Assembly (NCBI GenBank): GCA_002633005.1
Contig: NMRA01000026.1
Location: 829,073-893,072, forward strand
DNA length: 64,000 bases
From: Phoronis australis
Lineage: Eukaryota > Animalia > Phoronida
Reading direction: 5' to 3'
Position numbers and translations under genes: made by a program
Notes under the pieces: model-generated
Told to the model about the DNA's origin: nothing
Databases searched by the model: none
What the model saw: the letters and a program-made list of their open reading frames with translations, nothing else
Shown: positions 33,339 through 45,700 of the stretch, in pieces
Numbering within the stretch: the first letter of the stretch is position 1
Layout of the letters: every line of letters begins with the position of its first letter

Positions 33339-33436
33339 CTTTTTGGTGGCCAGTTTCAGCACACTACATTCGAGAGTTACTTGACTGCCCTCAACTACTG
33401 TAACGTTGGTTGGTGTGCTTGTGATGAACACAGGAT
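33339..33436 (-). CDS. Gene 2 exon: start of Ig domain 1
   Basis: ccttttacag|AT...AAG|gtttgt; (D)PVFITSTPTNVTVVEGSQVTLECSVLKLATKK; phase 0 joins the next exon in frame. Confidence 0.9.
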
Positions 33437-33477
33437 CTGTAAAAGGCATAAAACATGAATTTTGTTGAAGGGTACAG

Positions 33478-33696
33478 CAGGGCTCGGCATAATGGAGAAC
33501 ATGCTCGTAAATATGAGTAGAAAAGCGAAATACGAGTAGGAAATCGGCCTCACTCGTATTATTCCAATGAGCACGAAGCAGACATTCTGTTTTTGTTTTG
33601 TCACTAAATTATACGAGTGCAAATCTGGAAATACGAGGGCATAATATGCCGTCACTCGTATTTTCAAGCGGGAATTCTCGCTTGTGTTGAGCTCTG
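33478..33696. mobile_element. hAT-like MITE with TACGAGT/ACTCGTA internal repeats
   Basis: CAGGGCTCGGCA ... TGTTGAGCTCTG termini; repeated aatacgag/ctcgtatt. Confidence 0.5.
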
Positions 33697-34335
33697 GGCA
33701 CTGTCCATAATAACATACAGATCTGCGGGTCATAAACACAACACACCGATGAGACAATTGTAGCAAATACATTTCCGCTCGAGGAATGGGAATAACGGTT
33801 TTACATACTATAATTCAACATTTCAGCCTCGCCGACCAATCATTTCAATAGAGGACATTTTGGTACTGTAACTGTGAAACATCAGTAATCATGTTTACTC
33901 ACAAAACATTCCTGTTTCAAATGCATAATTTCACATGATTTTGCATTTATAATCTTGCTGTTCTGCAGTTTTTGCTCTACCCAATGTACTCCTGTTTCAA
34001 ATTTAGCCTACATTTAGAAATAAAGGTTGTCTCACAATACTTCAAATAAACCTGCGACCACAGAGAGTGCATTGGGTAAAGTAATCACTCCGTAAAGCGG
34101 CACTCAGGACGCTTGTCTGATTGACAGTGCAAGTTAAGGCGATCCATATAAAAACACGATTTTGTCGGAAAAATTCGGTCAAATGACCACAAATATCAGG
34201 GCACTATTTCTATGCACAAGGCATGTTTCTAAGCTTTAATTGCAAAAAATTGGTTTCGTCTAAAATATGGAGATCTCTGTGAAACATCATGTTTAATCGG
34301 GAAAAAGAGCAACAATGTGAACACAAACATCAGGG

Positions 34336-34368
34336 CATAATGAACATAATGAACATAATGAACATAAT
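34336..34368. repeat. 9-bp tandem repeat (CATAATGAA), about 3.7 copies
   Basis: cataatgaacataatgaacataatgaacataat. Confidence 0.85.
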
Positions 34369-36219
34369 ACGACGCTGTCATCATAAACGATTTTTCAAAG
34401 TTTCTGGTCTACTATTATAGTAAAAATGCATCAATTTTCGAACAATGAAAAATTTGTTATTATGCTCAGGGTCGAAGCTTGTCCCAAATTCAAGACATAG
34501 GTAACATTGGCTGTCCCAATATTCAAGAATCACCAGAAAAACTGTAGACTGAAAACACACCTTCTGCAATTTAAGAAATAAGCTCAATGCCAAAATCACC
34601 CTGGTCCCAAATTCCAGAATCAAGAAAGTTTTAGAGACTCCCAAACTGGAGAATTTTGACCCTAACACTTTAAAAGTTAATTGGTAAATTCGATCCTCCA
34701 TAGCGACAATAGCCTACAATTTAAGTTAAGTGACACCATTTCAATAGCGAATGTTTATTCTACATTCTAATAGGTGCTTCTGTCAGTAAATGAAAAGACT
34801 CAACATCCTCTGTAAAAGTACTTTGTTGAATCAACTTTATCTACCCAACTCTATTGGTTAATTGGACAAGTCTCATGAATCACTCAAAGCACAGGTAAGC
34901 CATACCCATAACACTGAGTAGCTGTCAAAGGAGATCTTTTTACTCAGCTGTAGCGGGATGGGATCAGGGGGTTTCAATCCCCTCGAAAGGCACACCCAAA
35001 ATAAGAAACACCACTGATACGTCCGATTTTTAGGGGATGCTAAATGCCACCATCGACAAATTGTTGATACGTCACTGAGTGTAGATAGCCATTTTATTTA
35101 TCCATCCATGATTGTAGAGGCACACTTATTTTCCACACAATATGGCCGACAACGCAAATTCTATTTTGGCATTTTTTTCTACACAAATGAAGATTAAAAA
35201 ATTTTAAGTCAATCACTAGATGGTCTGTTGTGTGAAGATTTCATAAAACAACTTCTAGTAAATTTTCCATTATTCTCAGTAAAATATAGCATCTGAGAAA
35301 TAGAAAAATTACAGATTTGGCAATTATTTTTGAGTGTACATCTTGGCAATAAAATTCAGTGATCAAACATGGGTGTCACAGGTGACAGAGCAGCACCCCT
35401 CACAGAAGCATCTCACAAATGAGCTGTTTGCTCTACCGTCTACAAGCCATTTCATTTACCTGTTAATTCCACATACATTTTAAGTCCATTTGCTAGGTAA
35501 ACAAAATAGAGATTCACAAAATGTTGAGAAACACTTGTATGGGTTAATTAAGTGGGATTGTTTCGCAACAAAACAGTAAAGTTTACTGGAGACCTCCAAT
35601 CCAATACTAAACCAAGTGTACTCAGGGTATAAAACAACAGTTGTCGAACACTACTCGAGTGTCGGCTTATTCAGTTTTCTGACGCAGAGCAAATTTGAAA
35701 TTTAAAATCTTGGCAAAATGACAACACACCTGACACAAGAAATCGTATTTTGGCCATTACTATAAAAGATTAACTTAATCCTATTCATCCCAAGAGATAT
35801 TAAATTGAGAAATTTGTCAAACACTGGTTTAAGGAGAAATCCTATCAACAAAGGTAATTCCCATTGGGAGCAATATATCCTTAGTAAATAAGACATCGCA
35901 AGGTTGTAGTTTTTCTATTTAGCTTCTGTGTAAACTTCCTTAATAACAAAACTCAAGACATAAGAATTTCCCACATTTTTTCAGATTCTGAAAAGCTTAT
36001 AATTTTGTTCAATGTTATGTAGGACATTATGGACAACTTTGTGAATTTAGCCAAATTACACAACTATAGAATGAAACTTAGTAATGATAAATAAACTAAA
36101 AAGCATGTAGAATTTGATTTCTGACTTGATATCAGTCTGCAACTACAAGAAATCCTATTTTAGATAACCCCTCATGCTAAAAAAGGAACATCTTAAACGG
36201 AATTCCTATAAGCGTCTAA

Positions 36220-36713
36220 AGGGCCTCTCATACTAACGTCGACGCGTCGATGGTTTGGGGAGTTGCGGTCAGTAAGAACGCTTAACTCCGGTCCTGGATC
36301 GCAGTTAAAAGCTCCAGTTAACATCCCAGTTAACAGGTGGATTTGATAGTGCAGCGTCGACGCTGCAGTGCAGTATAATGCTTAACTTCGGTCCAATCAA
36401 AGTTATCGCCAGGTGCAACTGTTATCGTCAACAGTTACAAGGTAGTGCTGTCACTAATAGCTGCTTATATTTTGCTCTAATAATAACCAATCGATTTAAA
36501 AATAAGTTTAATGTCACATAGCACATGTAAATGTTTCCAAATTGAAACAGTGAAAAAAATCTTAGCGTGCAACGCGACCTTGCGATAACTTCGATGATGA
36601 CAGCGGCACCAACCGCTTACTTCGATGTTCATTAACTACCGAAGCCAGTATGAACGGCTTAGTTAACTGCGCTGTTTACGTCAGACCGGAGTTAAGTCGA
36701 TATGGAAGGGCCT
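36220..36713. mobile_element. PIF/Harbinger-like non-autonomous element (~490 bp)
   Basis: TAA-AGGGCCTCTCATA ... TATGGAAGGGCCT termini; highly similar copy at 41347-41835. Confidence 0.7.
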
Positions 36714-38083
36714 TTTGAGAACAGTGTATAAAGCACAGCGTGTTAAAGTTTTGTGTGATTGCCATCAGGCACTTGTGACACGTGATGTTCCAAATTTGGA
36801 CATTTCACTAGGGTCCTACGTACTCTTAATAAACTGAATAGGTCTATACAATTTATTTCAGAGGTTACTTAAAGGAATGTGTAACTTCTGTATTTTTATT
36901 GTAGCAGTAGTTGAGGTTTAAAGCTGGAAACAACTTAACTTGGGTGTTTGAGAAGTGAATTTCCAAAGGGTGGGTGTTAAGCCAGACAGAAGGGGGGTGG
37001 GGGCTGAGAGGTACCAGGAATAAGAATCAATTATTCAATTCCTATAACTATCCAAATTCTTCTTTTCAAGGTTTACGGGCAATTTTTCACCTATTTAGCA
37101 TACGATGTGGTAAACTGGTGAAATTTTGTTGGTCAAATTTCTCAGCAGAAATACAGATAAAGAAAATACCAGTAAACCCTGGTTTGCACTCTGCAGATGT
37201 CATAAGACCATAAAACAACATTTGATAAGGGTTACGTAAGACCTTATTGACAAGTTTGCACATTTAACAAAATATCCACAAAACTATANTTTAAAAATAA
37301 GTTTAATGTCACATAGCACATGTAAATGTTTCCAAATTGAAACAGTGAAAAAAATCTTAGCGTGCAACGCGACGTTGCGATAACTTCGATGATGACAGCG
37401 GCACCAACCGCTTACTTCGATGTTCATTAACTACCGAAGCCAGTATGAACGGCCCAGTTAACTGCGCTGTTTACGTCAGACCGGAGTTAAGTCGATATGG
37501 AAGGGCCTTTTGAGAACAGTGTATAAAGCACAGCGTGTTAAAGTTTCGTGTGATTGCCATCAGGCACTTGTGACACGTGATGTTCCAAATTTGGACATTT
37601 CACTAGGGTCCTACGTACTCTTAATAAACTGAATAGGTCTATACAATTTATTTCAGAGGTTACTTAAAGGAATGTGTAACTTCTGTATTTTTATTGTAGC
37701 AGTAGTTGAGGTTTAAAGCTGGAAACAACTTAACTTGGGTGTTTGAGAAGTGAATTTCCAAAGGGTGGGTGTTAAGCCAGACAGAAGGGGGGTGGGGGCT
37801 GAGAGGTACCAGGAATAAGAATCAATTATTCAATTCCTATAACTATCCAAATTCTTCTTTTCAAGGTTTACGGGCAATTTTTCACCTATTTAGCATACGA
37901 TGTGGTAAACTGGTGAAATTTTGTTGGTCAAATTTCTCAGCAGAAATACAGATAAAGAAAATACCAGTAAACCCTGGTTTGCACTCTGCAGATGTCATAA
38001 GACCATAAAACAACATTTGATAAGGGTTACGTAAGACCTTATTGACAGGTTTGCACATTTAACAAAATATCCACAAAACTATA
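36495..38083. repeat. 794-bp tandem duplication joined by a single N (probable haplotype overlap)
   Basis: 36495-37288 recurs at 37290-38083 with a handful of substitutions; N at 37289. Confidence 0.9.
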
Positions 38084-38139
38084 ATAGCATTTAACTCAGC
38101 AAATTTTTGTTTTGATTTTCGACTGCATACCAATCTGCC

Positions 38140-38533
38140 ATTAACTGGGTCATGTGATCATGCTTTTTCGGCAAATTTACGGAAAAATAAAGGTCTATTC
38201 ACAGCAAAGCAACAGGATCAATAACATGACCCAATTTTACATGACTTACATGGTCACTCAAAAATGCTGTTACAGTTTTCAAAATTATTGTTTTGTTTTT
38301 GATTGATGCAATTTTATTTTGTTAATAAAAATGTCATAATTCCTATTTTTGATATCCCTCGTGCAAAAGTGCAAAAGTTAAAAAAACAATTGTTCCTAAC
38401 AGCATTTTTGTACAGCAGTGCACAGAAATAGTATCTCTAAATTTCGTACGAATCCAATCAGCCATTTCTGAGATATGATCTTCCAAAGTGAGCCAAATCT
38501 GTACCTTTTTCTAGGGTCCTACATAGCCTTAAA
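38140..38533. mobile_element. Old dispersed repeat ending ..CTAGGGTCCTACATAGCC-TTAA (Kolobok-like)
   Basis: Diverged copies at about 50775-51140 (same strand) and 11235-11560, 12225-12400, 45215-45450 (opposite strand). Confidence 0.55.
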
Positions 38534-41346
38534 TATCTATTTTTAGGAGCAAGTTAATGAGCTTCTGAAAAATAGAAAACTCACAATTATGGCAATTATT
38601 TAAGTGTGAAATAAAGAGAAAAATTACTGCACTACATTGGTACAAATGATATTATACAAAATTACCCCGGCAAAAGTCACTTCAAGTAATCATATACCGG
38701 TAGTGCAAACTATGTTAATTGAAAGTTCATGATAAATTTCATTTATTTTTAATTTTTCTTGACAAAAATGTCAAAATCGAGTTCCACATTTCCGCCACAT
38801 TACGTGCTAAATCCATAGAGAATTATGAAAGCCTTTTCACAACACTGCACCCAATCAAAAACTGTGATCATAACAGTTGAATACACAACGACCAATAGGT
38901 GGCACTGGTAATAACTTGGTTTCCTTTCTTCTAGTAAAAAATACTAACAATCCTTCTTCAACCATATGTTTGTCTGTTAGGTTCATACCCTCCTGACGAC
39001 GCTCACATTGGTAGAAAACATCAGCCGGTAGTCCAATCGAATTTCCATTTTAGTCACTACAATAGTCATTTGTGGTTTGTTAGTTCAAAAACACGTCTTT
39101 GTAAGGTCAATACCCGTTAGCCCACCAATACTGGTGAAGAATAACAACCCATGGTATAAGTAAACTGGAGCTATTCAACAAAATCACGCGGCGAACAAGG
39201 CTAAAAGAGTCAATAAGAAAGCAAAAGCAGTATGTTCACCTCGAGAGTTTTAGAACACGAACAAGCACATTGTTCGGTAATGGTTATTTTGTGAATTGGT
39301 TGGTTATTTTGCACACATTTAGTAACCTTGCGAAGGTAATAGCCCCCTTTAAGAAGCTATATGTATTATGGCATTACATTGGTCGTGTCATAACAACTAC
39401 CGGAAAATATTCTTGTGTAAACAACCCATAACATTTATTTCTTATTAGGAGACGGACAAAACAGAAGTGAGGGGGGTCCACAGTACAAACCAATAAAAAA
39501 CCTTTTAATATTCGCGCCTGACATACTTTAGCAAAGGATGCATAGCCATGTAAAGGTACACTAAATAATAAATATCTCAAGGCATATTAGGTATAGGTAT
39601 ATATAATATATTTATATAACCACTAAAAAAACATGATGCCTGCTGGTTGTTCAACAAACCAAGTTGTAAAATCTTTATGGTGCAAAACAAAACCAGAAAG
39701 CACTGAACTCGCATTCGAGACATGGAAAAAAGAATTTGCTTAATCGTGAAACAATTTGCCTCACCTAAACTATGGCATTAGTCAAAACACACACCTCATA
39801 TCAAAAAATCTTCTGTAATTTCCGCTGTCATCAAGAAAACTTAACGATGCTGCTAACCCCACATTCTGTTAAAAAATAGCTTATGACTTAGGCTACATCT
39901 CGCTATTAAATGGACCCAACTATTTCCTCACTCGCATTGGAAGAGACTCCCAGGGCTTGGAAAGACGAAACATTATAATTGGCAACTGGACACTCACTGC
40001 ATTCTTAATACTAACGATGAAAGTCCCTCTTATTACTGAACATCTGAATAGAATGAGAAAACAAGAACAGAATTGTAGATGATCAGCATGGAGGTGTTGG
40101 TGTGATAGGGGTGCCTTGTGATTGCCTGAATGCGTGCAGTTCTACAGGTAGGAGCCTTGTTACACTTACACAACCCTCGTTAATTGGAAATATTTTGCAT
40201 ACAGCTCTTCAGCACTGTTAGAGCACAAATACATCTTCAGCTTGACCCAGCTTCAGTTGTAGTGAGTAATACGGGCCATGTTGACAGGGACGAAATCTAT
40301 TTTCTTTCATTAGCAGATAATTAGAGACGTGGGACATTTCTGTGTGAATCGTTTATAAACTTATAAACTTGACCGCATAAAAGTGGCATACTTGATGGCA
40401 CGATGGCTGAAAAGAATTTAGAAAAGATGCAGGAAAATCTCATTGAATTAAAACCCCAGACAAGAATGCAGGATGCTGTCTACTAACTACGCTAACGCCA
40501 TCTAGCGATGTAATATTGTAAAGTTGGGGGTACGGACCAACCTGAATTGCCAATAAGGTTATGGTAATTCTTAACCCATTTAGCACACATTTTGGCTGAC
40601 AAGTGAAATTTTATTTTGCAAAATTTGTCCACGAAAATATCGACTAAGAAAAGACTAAAAAAATTCGGGGTGGTTGGAAATGTCTAAAGTATGTGACAAG
40701 TGGATCATGAGTATAAACCACACTCAGCAAATAAAATGCTCCGCCAGGCCAAACCATCTTCCTGACTGCGGTCTCAAGCAATAACGGTTGGTCGTTTTTT
40801 TCCCAAGAAGAGCTTAAGTTGCACTTCGCACTGCTCAGCTGGCTAAAGAAAAGAAAATCAAATTCGGCTTTTCACTTACTTGCAATCTGCCTCATATTAT
40901 TTACCACTATATGATTTTGATTCCATAACAAACTCAAGCCACAAGCATTGCATACATGTGCAATATTTGAATTTGCAACTTTACGGTTGGCGAACCCCAA
41001 TTAACTCTGAAACATTTTTTGGAGTCGCTATTAGTTTTCATGCCCTTGGTGGTACAAAAATGGACTGCCTTTACGATAAGGAATACCATGAGATTGATTT
41101 CACGAGAGTAATAGGCCTAATTCCGTTCTTCATTTTCTATCCAGCTTAACAACACAAAATGCAGGTTTAAATCACTTCTAACTCTAAGCTAAAGAACAAA
41201 TAAATTGAAAAAACAGTTTCATATAAACATTATAAGTGGCCTAAACAAAGTATTTTTTTACTCAAGTTGCATTTATAGCAAGTTTCAAGTATGACAATTT
41301 GTGCCCCTCACACAACTACAATAGCTAAGGCTTGACTATGGTATAA

Positions 41347-41835
41347 AGGGCCTACTAACATCGACGCGTCGATGGTTTGGGAAATTGCGGTCAGTATGAA
41401 CGCTTAACTCCGGTCCTGGATCGCAGTTAACAGCTCCAGTTAACATCGCAGTTAACAGGTGGATTTAATAGCGCAGCATCAACGCTGCGGTGCAGTATGA
41501 ACGGTTAACTCCGGTCCAATCGAAGTTACCGCCAGGTGCCACTGTTATCGTCAACAGTTACAGGGTAGTGCTGTCACTAATAGCTGCTTATATTTTGCTC
41601 TAATAATAACCAATCGATTTAAAAATAAGTTTAATGTCACTTAGCACATGTAAATGTTCCCAAATTGTCACATTGAAAAAATCTTAGCTTGCAGCGCTAC
41701 CTTGGGATAACTTCGATGACGACAGCGTCACCAACCGCTTACTTCGATGTTCATTAACTACCAAAGCCAGTATGAACGGTCTAGTTAACTGCGCTGTTTA
41801 CGTCAGACGGGAGTTAAGTCAATATGAAAGAGCCT
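41347..41835. mobile_element. PIF/Harbinger-like non-autonomous element, second copy
   Basis: Colinear with 36220-36713; preceded by TAA. Confidence 0.7.
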
Positions 41836-44800
41836 TATAAGAATAATAAACCTGTCACCAAGGAATATACAGATATAAGAATGAGTGTCTATTAAGATAA
41901 TGAGCAGTCAACATTGTCCTGTAATCAACAAATTCCAGGACATAATATTGTAATATATCAATTATGGCTTATGAGAGAATAGCTTCTTTAATGATTCACA
42001 TCAACTTAAATAATTGCTCATTAGTCATGTTTTCCATGACTATTCTAGTGTTGAGCAAATAAAGACTTCCGTTCCTAATTCGCCTTCATGCTTATAAGAA
42101 TCACACTTACTCTCCATTATGTCTACGATAACTGCGTGACAAATCGCCAACTTTCAATAGTTATAGATCATCAGCGAGACTTCAGTTTGACAGTCTAACT
42201 ACTAGAAATAATATAATCATGGTGAAATCCCGGCATTACATCCACTCATACTTCCACTTATAAGGCGACTTAAGTACCTAACAGGTGCTTTGGACAATAG
42301 CTGTGGTTGGTCTATGCTAAGATCCATAATCTCCTTCCCCATACTAAGCTGTTTGGGGGGCAAAAGATAAGGATTTGTTTAAATTGTTAATCTTTCCTGA
42401 ATTTTTTGCTGTTTTTGCAAAAACTTGTGATTATCTGGTTCAGTGTATATCGTTCAGAAACCAAATTGTTTAAGCCATTGATAATTTTTGCTTTAAATTA
42501 GAAGGACTGCTAGATTAGAAACGGTTTTATTAACTGCAGTAAACGCAGGGAAGAATTTGCATACAGGGACTAAATTTATGATAAAAAATGTAATTTCTAA
42601 TTCAAATTCTGTTGGTTTTAGACCTAGGTGCTATGCAGAAGCGAAGAAGGCAACTCTGGTTTTGCTACACAAAAACTAATAGCCCGTCACTCCCACAATC
42701 TATAAGGGCAGCATGTTTATAAGGATCTATATGACATAAAAGAAACCCAGCAAGTCCCTTGACAAAGGCTAAACAAGTATTAGCCCAATAAAAGAAACCG
42801 CAATGTTCCCTGTAGCAAACTATCCAATAACTTCAATCTAAAATGGCGACACTTAAGACGTCCCCAGCCCCAACTTAACAAGAGTCCGGTTTCCAACAAG
42901 ACGAATACGCCAATGCTTCGTCAAATTATAAAATTTAAAGCTTATTACAAAAATTGTCGCTTCTAACTTTGCAAAAACGCTCAAAATTTCACTACATTTT
43001 GACTGACAGCCAGACCATAGAAACGATGAAAACAACAAAGTAGATTATCTTGATTATTTTTGTCAAGAAATTTTGTAAAACGAAATTTCACTGTTCCAAC
43101 AGATGGCTCTCTAAATTGAAAAAGCTTCACTGAGCATACTATACGACTTCAGGGGCAGTTAGTGCTTGTAACAGTACTTCAACTCACCCACGTTTTTACA
43201 AACGGTTGACTTAGAAAAATGCGACAAGTAACTGTGATTGTAATTATAGGGTGTGCTACAGTACATAGTAAGATGTCTCAAAACCAAATAGGCATTAAAT
43301 TTAATGTCACATTTATGAATCAATTCTTTTTGATCGTGCTTACAGCACACATTCCAGAATTTCAAATTTACAGGCCCAGTAAACCTATAGTGGTATAAAA
43401 TAGCGTTCCATGAGTTAAATGTCGGGTCGTTAAGCATCAATTGTCATCATTTCTAATTAAATTTAGCAGAAACCATGGCTATGGTAATAGCTCACCAATT
43501 TTGGACAAAAGTAATTTCCAAAATGGCCCCTTTTCATTTTTCGAGGCCTTTGAAGATAGTTGTGAATGGCCTCACTTTTTGCAACGGTGTCTATAATGGC
43601 AGCTACAGTACAGAACATGGCAAAGCAATACTTTGAGCTACATTTTTGTGAAAAAACAAAAAAATAAAATTTCACATAACGGCCTAAATTGGTGAGACTT
43701 TTCAAAATTGGCGACAAGTTTCACGCGTCCACAGGGCTAGATACTGAATAAAAATCCTCATCAATTTTCGGATCAATTTATGAACCTCAATCAATTCCGA
43801 TGACTTTCTTGATTACAGACCACGGTGTCGTTATCCATTGATTTTCCAAATTACATATGGTGTGAATTGGTTAGCAATCTGTGTCACATATAGACCTTAA
43901 GTTATTTAGATAAAAAATTAACTGGACTAGTCATGTCAGATTTCGCTGTCATATAAAACTCATCAAATATGCTCAGACAACAAAACAGGTAAAGTGAATT
44001 GTAAGTGAAAATGTATCCCTCTAACCAGAGGCTAAGTAAAGCAGGTTGAACTTTTCAGCGATAACAAAAGGTCGGACACTAGTGTAACTAACATTTCAAC
44101 TTAGCTGTCTACAAACCACCTACGGACCCGTCTCATTTCAAGACTATGCCGGCGTCAGACAGGTATACCCACCAGGTTTTAGGCAAAGGTCAAGCCTCAG
44201 GTTAACTGACTTTATACCGCACCTGTCTGGGAATTGTTTCAAACTAACCCACGGTCATAAAAAATACTTCAACTTAGACATAGTGACAAAATATAATCGG
44301 CCACTTGAGACTAAAGTAAATTAAGTATGTAGGGGTAAATCAAGCCAAAAAACAATCACACGGCTCCACTTCTCCACAAGGGTAAACACATAAAATTAAG
44401 TATGTTGTAAATTTCTCAATGACAAAAGCTATAAAGCATAATCTCACCAGTTTTGGACAAAATTAATTGTCAAGAATGCCCTTTTTCATTTTCAAGGGCG
44501 TTTAGCATTGTTGTGAACAACCTCAATGTTTCAAAGCTTTGTTTGACGGTAGCTGTTGTACAAAACTTGAACACCGAAAATCATTTAACTGGGTGCTGTA
44601 TGTGTTTCCTGAAAAAAGGGATGAAGCAAAATTTCATTGGCCGGCTATATTGTGTCCTAAATTGCTGAGACTTCACATGGAACAATTTATGGTGTTGAGT
44701 TTAGACGCAGTAGTAATCAACAAACTCAACTCACTGCATACTACAATCAAGTAAAACTTCAGCCATTTAGAGCATAATATGACCAACATGAGCAGTTTTC

Positions 44801-45482
44801 TTTGTTTCATCTTTCATAAGATTAGCAGCACCGAATAAATGCCATTTGATTTTAAAAAATACATACAATGCGTCAGACAGACAATATAAAAAAATTGTGA
44901 GTATTCATAGCAATGTCAGAAGCCACTGAATAATGAAACGACGAATTTTGGCAATTGTTCTTGTCTAAAATTGGTGAGAAAATAAGAAAAGCTAATCTGT
45001 CACATTAAAATATTACACACCTCCCATACCATACCTTATCATACCAGCTCTCAGAGCACGGCCCCATGCTCCCTTACATGTTCAGTCCCTGTGTTTTATG
45101 TTAAACTGCTTCCATTTAGAGTCGACAATTTTTGAGGTTTTTGCAGTTTTTGCATACTGGGAAATACATTCACAAAGAGTACAATCATAAAATGAACACA
45201 ATACCATGTTTTAAGTAGGAACCTGTAAAAATGGCCAACTTTTTTCTGACTTTGGAACATCAAACCTCAGAAATGGCTGATCGGAATCATATGAAGCTGT
45301 CACTATTCTTTATGCATTGTTCTTAAAAACAAGTTAGGAATTGTTTTTAAAATGTTCCACTTTTGCATGAGGGGCTATCGGAAAACAGGATTTAAGATTT
45401 CCGTGAAAAATCTTAACAGTTGCGGAAAATGGAAAGAATATTTTAGATAACTGTAACTGTTTGATATCTCACCATGAATATT

Positions 45483-45700
45483 TCCGTAAACGTTCGGGTA
45501 AACGCCCATGCTCAGTTAACCGCCCACCCCCTACTTTAGGTGGATTTTCGATTTAACCGCCCACTGCTCGGTTAAGCGCCCCCCCTGCGATTTTTGAAGA
45601 TTTCCAGTTAAGCGCCCACCTCTCGGTTAAGCGCCCATCCCCGACTTTTAAAGAATGAAGATTTAGCGCCCAGTGCTAAGGAAACGTGCGATTTCCCGAC
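45483..45700 (+). mobile_element. Tc1/mariner-like element end with GTTAA(C/G)CGCCC subterminal repeats
   Basis: CCGTAAACG start and at least 6 repeats of taa.cgccc; matches 27735-27920 in reverse. Confidence 0.6.

Noticed and set aside
36495-38083. Duplicated 79-aa ORF and 794-bp tandem repeat as a gene duplication
   Set aside because: The copies are joined by a single N and differ at a few sites, typical of unmerged haplotype overlap. The ORF starts at GTG and has no recognisable motif.
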